The notes under the pieces were generated by a model. That model searched no databases, was not told the origin of the DNA, and saw only the letters and a list, made by a program, of their open reading frames with translations. A program made the translations under genes and the position numbers. Below are positions 1-9,458 of a DNA stretch of 30,102 nt, in pieces. Numbering within the stretch: position 1 is the stretch's first letter; each line of letters opens with the position of its first letter. Location of the stretch: NCBI GenBank assembly GCA_937982385.1, contig CALJMC010000024.1, positions 1 to 30,102 on the forward strand, given 5' to 3'. This DNA comes from an uncultured Rickettsiales bacterium. Its GTDB lineage: Bacteria; Pseudomonadota; Alphaproteobacteria; Rickettsiales; UBA998.

Positions 1-2
1 GG

Positions 3-1412
3 GTTGCACAAGAATCTCTCGGATGTTCAGTGGTGGAAGTGAAGCAAGATGCCAATGCACAGTGGCATGTGATGGCCGATAGCAGCTATAACCGTCGTAT
101 CACCGCGACCACACCCATAGACATTTCAGGGCCAGCGCGAGGGCATAAACGCATGCAAACCGCAGCTGACCCAAAAGCCGAAGAGATATTAGGAACCTTC
201 GCTAATTGCGCAGGTGGAACGACTCCGTGGGGCACGGTGCTTACCGCTGAGGAGAACTTCAACTATCACTTCCGCGGGCTGCACAAACGCCACCCAGAAT
301 ATGAAAATTATGAACGCCTCGGCATCCCCGAAGACCCTGAATATAATGCATGGTGGAAGGTCGATACGCGCTTTGATATCAACCAACATATCAATGAAGC
401 GAATCGCTTTGGCTGGATTGTTGAATATGACCCGTATGACCCATCCAAAAAGCCCGTAAAGCGTACGGCGCTTGGGCGCTTCAAACATGAATGCGCCAAC
501 ACAACTATTGCCCCTGACGGACGCGTGGTGGTCTATTCAGGCGATGATGAACGCTTTGAATATGTTTATCGTTTCGTGACGAAGAATGCCTGTGATCCGA
601 ATAATCGTGATGCGAATTGGGGACTGCTCGATGAAGGAACGCTGAGCGTTGCACGTTTTGATGATGACGGCACCGTGACATGGCTACCGCTCATTTTTGG
701 TGAGGGTAGTTTGACTGCTAATAATGGATTTACTTCTCAAGCAGATGTCATGATTGATGCGCGCAAAGCGGGTGATATTGTGGGTGCAACTCCGATGGAC
801 AGACCAGAAGATGTGGAGGTTAATCCGCACACCAAAGAGCTGTTTATTGCACTGACCAATAATAAAAAGCGCAGCACAGACCAGCGCGATGCTGCCAATC
901 CGCGCGAGAAGAATGTTTATGGGCATATCCTAAAACTCACCGCACCCGATGGCAACCATGCTGCTAAGCGTTTTGAATGGGAGATATTCCTTAAAGGTGG
1001 CAACCCGAAAGATCAGGGCGATGCTGCCTATTATGAGAATGAACCATCCAAGCATGGCTGGCTCGCAAACCCTGATAACGTGACCTTTGATAACAGCGGA
1101 AATCTATGGATATGCACCGACGGGCAAAGCAAATCAATTGGTAAGAATGATGGTATTTACGCGATTGCGCGCGAAGGAAAATATGCTGGCGTGCCGCGTT
1201 CCTTCATGACCGTGCCGCTTGGTGCAGAAGTCACAGGTCCTGCCTTCACCCCCGATGGCAGCACATTATTTGCCTCCATTCAGCACCCCGGAGAAGCAAG
1301 AGACGGCTCAACCTACGCCACCCCCTCCACCCGCTGGCCAGATTTCCGCGACGATATGCCTCCACGACCATCCGTGATTGCGATTACTAAAAAAGGTAGT
1401 TCAGTCGGTTAG
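3..1412 (+). CDS. phoX: PhoX/DUF839-family alkaline phosphatase, 5'-truncated by the window edge
   Basis: Frame is open from position 3. Motifs NCAGGxTPWGTxLTxEEN, LGRFKHE, YSGDD, MDRPEDVE, NPDN, CTDG, GAEVTGPAF and SIQHPGE are typical of PhoX. Confidence 0.88.
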   Translation, partial: VAQESLGCSVVEVKQDANAQWHVMADSSYNRRITATTPIDISGPARGHKRMQTAADPKAEEILGTFANCAGGTTPWGTVLTAEENFNYHFRGLHKRHPEYENYERLGIPEDPEYNAWWKVDTRFDINQHINEANRFGWIVEYDPYDPSKKPVKRTALGRFKHECANTTIAPDGRVVVYSGDDERFEYVYRFVTKNACDPNNRDANWGLLDEGTLSVARFDDDGTVTWLPLIFGEGSLTANNGFTSQADVMIDARKAGDIVGATPMDRPEDVEVNPHTKELFIALTNNKKRSTDQRDAANPREKNVYGHILKLTAPDGNHAAKRFEWEIFLKGGNPKDQGDAAYYENEPSKHGWLANPDNVTFDNSGNLWICTDGQSKSIGKNDGIYAIAREGKYAGVPRSFMTVPLGAEVTGPAFTPDGSTLFASIQHPGEARDGSTYATPSTRWPDFRDDMPPRPSVIAITKKGSSVG

Positions 1413-2251
1413 GCTGATTTTTGATAATGCCGCGAAAGCGCACAAAATTCCTCAACAGATAATGTTTCTGCGCGGCGGGTGGGGTCTATTCCTACGGCTT
1501 CCAAAAATGTTTCACCACCGAACGCTTTGAGTGATTGGCGGAGCATCTTGCGGCGTTGATTGAAGGCGGCTGCTACGACTTTTTCGAGCGTTGCGAAATC
1601 GGCATCATGCAGTGGTTTCGGGCGTGCATGTAAGGTGACAATGGCGGAGGTTACTTTGGGCGCGGGGAGGAATGCGCTTGGTGGCACCTCAAAGTTATAT
1701 TCTACATCGCACAGCCATTGGGTGATGATGGAGAGACGACCATAGCTTTTTGTATTGGGCGCTGCAGTGATACGTTCTGCGACTTCTTTTTGGAACATCA
1801 GCGTCATGCGGTTGATGCTCTCAGGGTTCTCCCCAATCATTTTGAGCCAGCCAATGAGCAAAGGTGTCGCGACATTATAGGGTAGGTTGGCGACAATCAC
1901 GCGTGGAGCCGGGACCTCCGACTCCACGTCAATTTTCATTGCGTCACCATGCATGATTTTTAGCTTTCCGTCGCTCACATTGACGAATTCTTGCAGGAGC
2001 GGTAGGCAGCGTTTATCGAGCTCAATCGCGGTGATGGATGCGGCATCGGTGGTGAGTAGCTCGCGGGTGAGTGATGCAGGACCCGGCCCAACCTCTATGA
2101 CATGCTCGCCGTCTTTTATAGCGGCGGTACGCGCAATCTTACTGGTGATATTACTATCAATTAGAAAGTTCTGGCCAAGCGCACGCGCAGCACGCAGCTC
2201 GTACTTATCAACCAGTGCACGGGTGGAGGGGAAATTAGATACGGACGTCAA
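1409..2251 (-). CDS. rsmA: 16S rRNA m6,2A1518/1519 dimethyltransferase (KsgA)
   Basis: LGQNFL, EVGPG, IELD, VANLPYNV, MFQKEVAERI, YGRLS, FNQRRKMLR. TTG start overlaps the surA stop; stop overlaps the phoX stop convergently by 4 nt. Confidence 0.95.
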   Translation of the reverse strand: MTSVSNFPSTRALVDKYELRAARALGQNFLIDSNITSKIARTAAIKDGEHVIEVGPGPASLTRELLTTDAASITAIELDKRCLPLLQEFVNVSDGKLKIMHGDAMKIDVESEVPAPRVIVANLPYNVATPLLIGWLKMIGENPESINRMTLMFQKEVAERITAAPNTKSYGRLSIITQWLCDVEYNFEVPPSAFLPAPKVTSAIVTLHARPKPLHDADFATLEKVVAAAFNQRRKMLRQSLKAFGGETFLEAVGIDPTRRAETLSVEEFCALSRHYQKSA

Positions 2252-3518
2252 TATAGGCCTCGCGACGCATCTTGCGTAGATGTTTCAATGCTTGCAATTC
2301 CATCTTCTGCGATACCAAATCTTGACGAACACGATTTTTGTCTTTGTCCGTGAAGGGCAGCTCTGCGCGTTCACAGAGCATCAGCAAATGAATGCCATCG
2401 GGAGCGGCGAAAGGGTCTGAAATTTCACCCACTTTCAAATGACGCACCAGTGGCAGAATTTCACCTGACATTTGTGAATAGCGCGTCGGGGTGTAATCCA
2501 CATTAATGCCCAAACCGTCGAGTTCTTTCATGCCTGCAATTCCCTTTTGGGTGCAGGGTCCAGGATGTTTCGCGACATTGCGTGCAATATCCATCAATAT
2601 ATCCACATCTTGTTCACCGGCATTATTCTCGAGTGAGAGCATAATACGTTTGAACAATACTTCGGCATCATGCAGTTTTTTTCCTGTACGACGTTTGTGA
2701 AGTTTGACAATTTCATAGCCTTTAGATGATTGCACGGGGCGGCTAATACCATCTTCTGGTAGGTTGATAAGTGCGCCAGCAATAGCAGGCTCCAAACGGT
2801 TGATGTCTGCCCAGCTCATTGCGGAATTTTGTACGCCCATTTGCGAAAGCTGAGACGCTAATACTTGAAAATCGGCGCCGTTGTTCAATTCTTTGGTGAT
2901 GCGAAGCGCGACTTTTTGCATTTGTTCTGAGGTCTCTACGGAATGGATGGGTAATACGATGCTAGAGGTGAGGACTTCCTCGATATTGCTGCCTGTGCGT
3001 TTGATATAATCGACCTCTTGCAGCACATCTTGTTCTGTGACAGTGGCTTCGGAGGCAAGGCGGCGTTGTACAAACCGGCGCCATGCAATTTGTGCTTTCA
3101 GTTGGTTCGTGAACGTGGAGGGGGTAATACCCTGCGATGCGAAATAGCCGAGTAAGCTGCCTGCTGTTTTCCCTCGTTTTTGTTCAATGCTTCTGACAGC
3201 ACCATCGATTTCTTCTTTGCTTATGAGAATATTGGCTTGCTTGGCGGCAGTGATTTGCAATGTTTCATCCACCAGTGCCTGAATGACTTGTGCCGCCAAC
3301 TCTTGGCGCACCTCAGGACTGTTGCCGAGGCCTGTGGTTGCAATCACCATATTGATACGTTGATTGACGTCCTCGGTGGTAATCATTGCGTCATTCACAA
3401 CGGCTGCAATTTTGAGTTTCCCCGTTGATTTGGGAGGCGTTGGTGCGTCTTGCGCAAATGCATTATGTGCAAGGGTCAGGCTGAGAATCAATGTTAGAAT
3501 ATATTTCATAGGGTACAT
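2235..3518 (-). CDS. surA: SurA-type periplasmic chaperone/PPIase
   Basis: Signal peptide, IAAVVNDAMIT N-terminal SurA domain, parvulin-like segments, C-terminal LRKMRREAYIDVR. Canonical position downstream of lptD. Confidence 0.85.
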   Translation of the reverse strand: MYPMKYILTLILSLTLAHNAFAQDAPTPPKSTGKLKIAAVVNDAMITTEDVNQRINMVIATTGLGNSPEVRQELAAQVIQALVDETLQITAAKQANILISKEEIDGAVRSIEQKRGKTAGSLLGYFASQGITPSTFTNQLKAQIAWRRFVQRRLASEATVTEQDVLQEVDYIKRTGSNIEEVLTSSIVLPIHSVETSEQMQKVALRITKELNNGADFQVLASQLSQMGVQNSAMSWADINRLEPAIAGALINLPEDGISRPVQSSKGYEIVKLHKRRTGKKLHDAEVLFKRIMLSLENNAGEQDVDILMDIARNVAKHPGPCTQKGIAGMKELDGLGINVDYTPTRYSQMSGEILPLVRHLKVGEISDPFAAPDGIHLLMLCERAELPFTDKDKNRVRQDLVSQKMELQALKHLRKMRREAYIDVRI

Positions 3519-5678
3519 CTAATTTAAGTTGCTGAGTGAAAGGCGTATGAGGTAGGAAACGTCAGGTTCAATATCACGGTCACGAATAAAACTACGTTGC
3601 ATACGGGCGGTGACTGTAACACATTCATTACTATAGGCAAGCCCTGCACCAACATAGGTTGTGCGATCGGCGGTTAAGTTGCGTTGCCCATTGGCAAAAA
3701 CACGCCATGTATCGGTGAGTTGCAATGAGCTGGCGCCTGAGATCTCTTCGCGTGTGCCAAGCAGTGGATCACTTTGTAGTTGGATATAATCAGTGGAAAG
3801 CGATAAGCCTTTATAGTCAAATGCGGCACTAACTTCGTTACGATGCAGCTCTAATGTTTCATCATCCACTCGAAAGCCATAAGCGAGAGAGAAGGGGGTG
3901 TAATCGACATTCAGCTGTCCAACAAAATCAGATTGATCGCCTGAACCTTCTAAATTCGAGGGATAGGTGCGCTCGCCGGCGAGTTGAATTTCTTGCCCTA
4001 ACATCAGGTTAATATAGTGATTAGAGGCAGTTTGATACTGTGTGCGAACGCCATAAATTCCGCGTGTGCCATTCTCCACCAAATCGAGTCCTGCATAGCG
4101 ATTGGATGAAAAGAGTCCGATGGCAGAAAACTCGTTGATGCGGCTGTCTTCATTACTGATAACGCTCGCATTATTTCCGTTTGACGTGACAATCAATTTT
4201 GCATGCGGTTCCAAGACCAAGCTGGCATTATTGATTTGTTTTACTAATGGGTAGCGCCATGACACTGCTATTTGTGGTATGGCGCGCACAGCATCTTCAG
4301 TTGGCTCCCCTGTGCTGGATGTCTGATCACGCTGGGTAATGCTATAGGCATCTGCACGTATGGAGGCATCTGCTTCGAAAGCGTGGCCACCATCGGTCGT
4401 GTAAGGCACGCGATAGCCACCTGTGAGCGATAGTCGCGCGGTTTCAGCTCCTTGCTTGCGCGTTAGGAATAATGCGTTTTGATCCAAATAGAAGCGTGAA
4501 TTAAGTGCCAAGGTTTCAGATTCTATATGGGTGTCAATCGCAGGAACAATAAGGGGCGTGGTGTCGGGGTCATCATCTTCTTCTAGTCCCTGAAAACCAA
4601 TGGCGCGCACTCGGAAATAATCGCGGTTATCAAACCGTTCCACGTCTAACGATGAGGTGAGCAAATCTTGATAGCCATAACCATAACGTTCCAAATAAGT
4701 GTCATCTGAGCTATGCTCAATATCAAAGCCCCAACGCCATTTTTCATCAATTTTGGCTTCACCTTTTGCAAAAAGATGGCCACGGAAGTCACGCCCGTCC
4801 ACTTCTACGCCATCCTCGTTTCGACGGTTTGGGTAGGTTCCGCTTCCATTAAACTCGAAATAACCATTATCAGTACGCATACGATATTGTCCTTCTAGCA
4901 CAGGGCCTTCCCCAGAGGTGAGGCGAGGGGTGACGGTGGCGTCCATCGTTGGCGAAAGCGCGGCATAATAAGGAATGCGTGCTGCCGTGCCCAGCTGTGA
5001 TGAGCTTTCATATTCAGGGACTAGAAAGCCAGATTTGCTAGATGCATTCGGCATGGCATGAGAGAAATACGGGCTATAGAGTAGCGGAACGCCCATCACT
5101 TCCATGCGAGCATTACGATAGGAAATTTGCTCTTCATCTTCGTCAATCGTCACCGTATCTGCTTTGAGTTGCCACAATGGCGTGCCATCGGTGCCATCAT
5201 CATTAACGCAGACTTTACATGGTGAAAAGACTGCTTTGGTTAATTCTGTTTGTGTCTCTGAAATGCGATTCGCTTCACGGGCAGCAAACACAGCATCATC
5301 TTTCATACGGATACGAATATCATTGATGAGTCCTTGCTTCATGTCATCTTGCAGCTCCATTTGGTCTGCAAACATCACGTTTCCATCAGGTTGAAGCAGG
5401 CTGATATTGCCCTCTGCCTTTACCTGATTTATCTGTTGGCTGTAGGTGATTTTATCGGCAAAAAGGACATATTCCCCCTGCACTACCTCTACTTTTCCCA
5501 TCGCCACCACCACGCCATGATCACGATCATAGCCAAGTTTTTCAGCTTCCATATAGATGGGCGTGCGGCTTGGTCCAGGGATGTTGGCAAATAGGTGCAG
5601 AGGCGTCATCACCCCTAGCATCACACAGCAAAACAATAGCCTCTGTTTTATGAATAATTTTACACCAATAACCATCAT
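3519..5678 (-). CDS. lptD: LPS assembly outer-membrane protein LptD
   Basis: OstA-like N-terminus (LFADKITY), FSPCKVC, PLWQLKA, PLLYSPYFS, SGFLVP, DDTYL, C-terminal NECVTV. Lies in the lptFG-lptD-surA-rsmA operon. Confidence 0.95.
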   Translation of the reverse strand: MMVIGVKLFIKQRLLFCCVMLGVMTPLHLFANIPGPSRTPIYMEAEKLGYDRDHGVVVAMGKVEVVQGEYVLFADKITYSQQINQVKAEGNISLLQPDGNVMFADQMELQDDMKQGLINDIRIRMKDDAVFAAREANRISETQTELTKAVFSPCKVCVNDDGTDGTPLWQLKADTVTIDEDEEQISYRNARMEVMGVPLLYSPYFSHAMPNASSKSGFLVPEYESSSQLGTAARIPYYAALSPTMDATVTPRLTSGEGPVLEGQYRMRTDNGYFEFNGSGTYPNRRNEDGVEVDGRDFRGHLFAKGEAKIDEKWRWGFDIEHSSDDTYLERYGYGYQDLLTSSLDVERFDNRDYFRVRAIGFQGLEEDDDPDTTPLIVPAIDTHIESETLALNSRFYLDQNALFLTRKQGAETARLSLTGGYRVPYTTDGGHAFEADASIRADAYSITQRDQTSSTGEPTEDAVRAIPQIAVSWRYPLVKQINNASLVLEPHAKLIVTSNGNNASVISNEDSRINEFSAIGLFSSNRYAGLDLVENGTRGIYGVRTQYQTASNHYINLMLGQEIQLAGERTYPSNLEGSGDQSDFVGQLNVDYTPFSLAYGFRVDDETLELHRNEVSAAFDYKGLSLSTDYIQLQSDPLLGTREEISGASSLQLTDTWRVFANGQRNLTADRTTYVGAGLAYSNECVTVTARMQRSFIRDRDIEPDVSYLIRLSLSNLN

Positions 5679-5681
5679 CTA

Positions 5682-5709
5682 GTTATAAGTGAATTTGACG
5701 GTGACGCAA
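5682..5709 (-). promoter_or_regulatory. Candidate internal sigma70 promoter for lptD, possibly leaderless
   Basis: Minus strand TTGCGT-N16-TATAAC, followed 6 nt later by the second ATG (5675). No SD is visible. Confidence 0.4.
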
Positions 5710-5738
5710 CTATATTAGCCATCAAAAGAGGCAGAGAT

Positions 5739-7079
5739 TTACGAGTGTTGCTTATAGTCTAAACTGGGTTGAAATGGCTCAGGGGATTGAGTGCTCATTT
5801 GATGCATGAAGCGGATAATATCCTCATCAACTCTGATATCGCTGGCTTTGAGAGGGCAGACGAGCTTTACGCCGTTTAATGTACGGCATCGGCTGAGCGC
5901 GACATAAGCCTGTCCCTTGGTAAACGCACCATTGCCCAAGTTAATCACCACATTGTCAAAGGTTTTTCCTTGGCTTTTATGGATGGTGATCGCCCAAGCG
6001 AGCTGCAGCGGAAATTGCTCATAACTGCCAACGACTACTTCCGCCATTTTCTCAGTCTTTGCATCATATTCATAGCGAATCGCCTCCCATTTTTGACGCT
6101 CCACCACATATTCGTCGCTCTCAACACGCACGGTAATCTTTTGGTCTGCCAGCTTGGTGACTTCACCAACGGTGCCATTGACCCAGCGTTTGTCTTTGTC
6201 ATTCTTTGAGAACATGACATGGGCACCGACTTTTAATTCCAAATCGAGCGGCGCGGGTAACTTCTCATTCTCTTTAGCAAAGCTGCCTTTTGCTGCACCA
6301 TCATAATTGTGTGAAGGTGTGCTGAGGGCATCTAGTTTATTGAGGTTGTTATAATCTGCTACTCTGTTGGTGGTGGTTAGAATGATGGCATCAGAGGCTT
6401 CTGCATCGGGTTTGCAGTGATGCGCATTGAACCAGTTGAGCATTTTGGGGGTGAGGGTGTTTTCACGCAAATGGTTCAAAAAGCGAATGAAGGCATCATC
6501 GGATTGTCTGAAAATCTGGGTCAGTTCTAAAAATTGAAAATGGATGTTGGCGAAGCTTTTTGCTTCGAAGAAATAGGGCGAGGAATAATAGGAATGAAAT
6601 GCCTCTTTCTCGTGATGCGTCAAAACGGGCGGCAGCTGATATAAGTCACCAATTAAACAAAGCTGCACGCCTCCAAGCGGGTGCCCAGAATCTTTGCCGT
6701 TAAGTGTGAGGAAGGTGCAAATGGCGTCCATCATATCGGCGCGCACCATCGAAATTTCATCAATAACTAGAATATCGACAGCCTTATAGAGCTTGCGCAA
6801 ATCTTTACGCGCATGGCGCGGTGCATCAGGATCCATAAACCCTGGGCGAAACCCGAAAAAAGAATGAATCGTCTGCCCTTTAACATTAATCGCCGCAACC
6901 CCTGTGGGCGCAACAACAGCAATATTTTTTTCAGTATTATTTCTAAAATAATCGAGAAAAGTGGATTTTCCTGTCCCCGCCTTGCCAGTCAGAAATACAT
7001 GTGCATCAGAATGTTCCAACAGCTCATAGGCGTTTTTATATTCATCCGTGAAAGTGATGTTCTGTGGGCTGTTATCCAT
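5739..7079 (-). CDS. Pif1-family (SF1B, RecD-like) DNA helicase, 446 aa
   Basis: GKAGTGKS, APTGVAAINVKGQTIHSFF, DEISMV, GDLYQLPPV, LTQIFRQ, QFPLQLAWAITIHKSQGKTF, GQAYVALSR. Start moved to ATG 7079, which overlaps the lptG stop by 8 nt; the ORF-track extension to 7181 lies inside lptG. Confidence 0.9.
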   Translation of the reverse strand: MDNSPQNITFTDEYKNAYELLEHSDAHVFLTGKAGTGKSTFLDYFRNNTEKNIAVVAPTGVAAINVKGQTIHSFFGFRPGFMDPDAPRHARKDLRKLYKAVDILVIDEISMVRADMMDAICTFLTLNGKDSGHPLGGVQLCLIGDLYQLPPVLTHHEKEAFHSYYSSPYFFEAKSFANIHFQFLELTQIFRQSDDAFIRFLNHLRENTLTPKMLNWFNAHHCKPDAEASDAIILTTTNRVADYNNLNKLDALSTPSHNYDGAAKGSFAKENEKLPAPLDLELKVGAHVMFSKNDKDKRWVNGTVGEVTKLADQKITVRVESDEYVVERQKWEAIRYEYDAKTEKMAEVVVGSYEQFPLQLAWAITIHKSQGKTFDNVVINLGNGAFTKGQAYVALSRCRTLNGVKLVCPLKASDIRVDEDIIRFMHQMSTQSPEPFQPSLDYKQHS

Positions 7080-8208
7080 CTTCAAGCTGCAATAAAAGTG
7101 CGGTGCCAGCGATGAGAGCCATGACGGGTGGCGTCCAGCTTGCAAGCATAACTGGAAGCCCGCCTGAATAGCCAAATGCATGAAAAATATTGAGCAAGAA
7201 ATTCATCATGAACCCAACCGCAACACCGCTAATGATGAGCACACTCACGCCACCTCTGCGATGCTGCCGCAGTGAGAAAATAGCTGCGACAAGTACCATG
7301 CCTGCGAGCAGCAAGGGTGACGCGAACATCGCATGCCAATGGACTTTGTGACGCAGCGCTGAGAAGCCTGCATTTTCCAACGTGTTGATGAACCCAGTCA
7401 GCTGCCAAAAAGATAAGGTGGAGGGATCAGCAAAGCTATCTTGAATTTGCGAGAGATTCAAATCTGTCGCTAGTGTGTAGCGCGATTGTGTCGAAGGCGC
7501 GCCTCCCACTCTGGTGAGCGCAATATTTTCCAGTTGCCATAAGCCATCACGCAGATAGCCTCGTTCTGCGTCAATGCGCCCGATAAACTGATTGTCCATA
7601 TCATAGCTAAACACAGTCACTTCTTGCAACACCATCTCACCTTCATGGCTGATGCGTGAGGCATGTAAAATATACTCCCGCATTTGGCTGCCGAAAATTT
7701 CAGTAATCCCGGAACTTTCATTGCTTTGGCGTAGCCACAAACCCGATGAAGAGACGGTCAATTGACTGGATTTTCCTGCAATATAGCGGTCTTCTAGCAT
7801 TTCATAACGCGCGGTGAGGGCGGATGATACAGGGTTGAATACGAGCAGCACAAATATACCAATCAGGAATGCAAACGCACATAATGGGGTGAGAAATTGC
7901 CACACTGAAATGCCAGAGGCACGCGCAATAACGAGTTCTTGTGAGCGGGTGAGCTTAGTGAGCGTCATCATCGCGCCAATCAAAATGCCATAAGGCAAGA
8001 TTTCTTCCATCATGTTTGGGAGTTTGAGAAATGCCATTTCAACGACCGTTGTAAAACTGACATCTGCCTTGTTGGAAGTGCGACGAATCAGTTCGACAAA
8101 GTCAATCATACCAACCACGGATAACACCACACCAAGCGCTATCGCAACGGAGCTGAGGAAATGTTTGCCGATATACCATGAGAAAGTAAGAGGGAATTTC
8201 ATATTCAT
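7072..8208 (-). CDS. lptG: LPS export ABC transporter permease LptG
   Basis: YjgP/YjgQ layout, SQELVIARASGISVWQ, GLWLR, LSFWQL, six TM segments. ATG 8208 overlaps the lptF TGA (ATGA). Confidence 0.92.
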   Translation of the reverse strand: MNMKFPLTFSWYIGKHFLSSVAIALGVVLSVVGMIDFVELIRRTSNKADVSFTTVVEMAFLKLPNMMEEILPYGILIGAMMTLTKLTRSQELVIARASGISVWQFLTPLCAFAFLIGIFVLLVFNPVSSALTARYEMLEDRYIAGKSSQLTVSSSGLWLRQSNESSGITEIFGSQMREYILHASRISHEGEMVLQEVTVFSYDMDNQFIGRIDAERGYLRDGLWQLENIALTRVGGAPSTQSRYTLATDLNLSQIQDSFADPSTLSFWQLTGFINTLENAGFSALRHKVHWHAMFASPLLLAGMVLVAAIFSLRQHRRGGVSVLIISGVAVGFMMNFLLNIFHAFGYSGGLPVMLASWTPPVMALIAGTALLLQLEDG

Positions 8209-9332
8209 ACGCTCCCTGATGCAGCGGGGATGTCCTGCTGATTTCTTGGCGTCATGGCGCGTTCTTTGATCAGGATGGTGAAGCATAGCGCAATCACACC
8301 AAGCGACAAAAGATAGATGGCGGGTACAAGTTCGGGCTGTTTTACCATCGCATTGGCCACGCCAAACATCGCAATGACAAACATGATGGCGCTGAGTGAT
8401 ATTTTCGCAGTAAGCTTCCAACTGCTGCGACGATTAAATTCGCTTTTAAGCAAAGCTGTCGCGGCGAGCAACCCTAGTGCGAGTGATACGAGCGGCCATG
8501 TCAGGCGTTGATGGGCTTGCGCGAGCAATGCGTTCTTTTTTCCTGAGTCAGTATGATTGGCTGGGTCGAAGAGTTCATGAATCAAATATTCATCTTCCCC
8601 TTTTTTGCGTTTGCCTGCCCGATTGGTGTAGAAGCTTAAATCCAAACCATAGCTATCAAAATGCAACCAACTCATTTGCCCCTTCGCATTGCGTTCTTGT
8701 CGCAAGCCTTTCGTCAACTGAAAGCGCGGCCCTTTGGAGGTTTGAATAAGTTTTCCCTCATCTGCCATCATGGTGGTGTTCATGCCTTTGAGGCGATTAT
8801 CATGTACCAATATTCCCTTCATATTTCCTGCCTCATCACGCTCACGCACAAATACAGTTAATCCTGGAATTGGGCTATTAAACACTTCCTCTTGCAGTAA
8901 CACAGAGGAATAATTATCACGCAAAAAATTCTGCGTTTCTTTAAACTGATGCTTGGCAATCGGCATAATATAGAAGGCAATAAGCGCAACCAACGCAGTG
9001 ACGGTTACTCCCGTTAGTATGGCTGGGCGGGCAAGCTGTATACTGCTCAACCCTGATGCTTTAAGCACTACCAGCTCGCTATCAGAAGCGAGTTTTTGAT
9101 AGGCAAACATCACCCCAATAAAGAGCGATACGGGCAGTACCACCATCAATAATGATGGCAAAAGCAACATCGCTAGATACATAAAATCACCAATCGACAA
9201 CCCGCGATTGACGATAAAATCAATATAGCGAAGGGCCTGCGTCAACCAGATGATGCTCGTCAGGCACAGTGTGACGAGCAGCGTTGGCCAACCAATCAAT
9301 TTTACCATATAGAGGTTGTATCGTTTGAACAC
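8205..9332 (-). CDS. lptF: LPS export ABC transporter permease LptF
   Basis: WLTQALRYIDFIVNRG, DSELVVLKASGLS, LLQEEVFN, HQRLTWPL. GTG start; divergent from pepA as usual in proteobacteria. Confidence 0.92.
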   Translation of the reverse strand: MFKRYNLYMVKLIGWPTLLVTLCLTSIIWLTQALRYIDFIVNRGLSIGDFMYLAMLLLPSLLMVVLPVSLFIGVMFAYQKLASDSELVVLKASGLSSIQLARPAILTGVTVTALVALIAFYIMPIAKHQFKETQNFLRDNYSSVLLQEEVFNSPIPGLTVFVRERDEAGNMKGILVHDNRLKGMNTTMMADEGKLIQTSKGPRFQLTKGLRQERNAKGQMSWLHFDSYGLDLSFYTNRAGKRKKGEDEYLIHELFDPANHTDSGKKNALLAQAHQRLTWPLVSLALGLLAATALLKSEFNRRSSWKLTAKISLSAIMFVIAMFGVANAMVKQPELVPAIYLLSLGVIALCFTILIKERAMTPRNQQDIPAASGSV

Positions 9333-9364
9333 TGTGCGTTATAGTCTCTCTATTAATTTCCCAA

Positions 9365-9428
9365 CCCGTGCCAGCGCATGGGCGCCGACCATTCGGCGGA
9401 TTAAAATTTGTATGATTTTAATCTTAAA
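9365..9428. repeat. Triple-hairpin intergenic repeat, copy 1
   Basis: 9383-9428 matches 23998-24043 at 44/46 nt. Hairpins: CCCGTGC-cagc-GCATGGG (one G-T pair), CGCCGA-ccat-TCGGCG, GATTAAAAT-ttgtatg-ATTTTAATC. Confidence 0.9.
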
Positions 9429-9458
9429 ACATTATTGAACACTACAGAAAGGTTCCCC

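Noticed and set aside
9399-9424. AT-rich inverted repeat as a Xer dif/cer-like site (tempting because PepA is a Xer accessory factor)
   Set aside because: Only about 7/11 match to the XerD arm and about 5/11 to the XerC arm, and it occurs twice in ordinary intergenic positions.
9408-9458. N-terminal extension of PepA from TTG 9408
   Set aside because: The TTG lies within the repeat element and lacks an SD; ATG 9459 has one.
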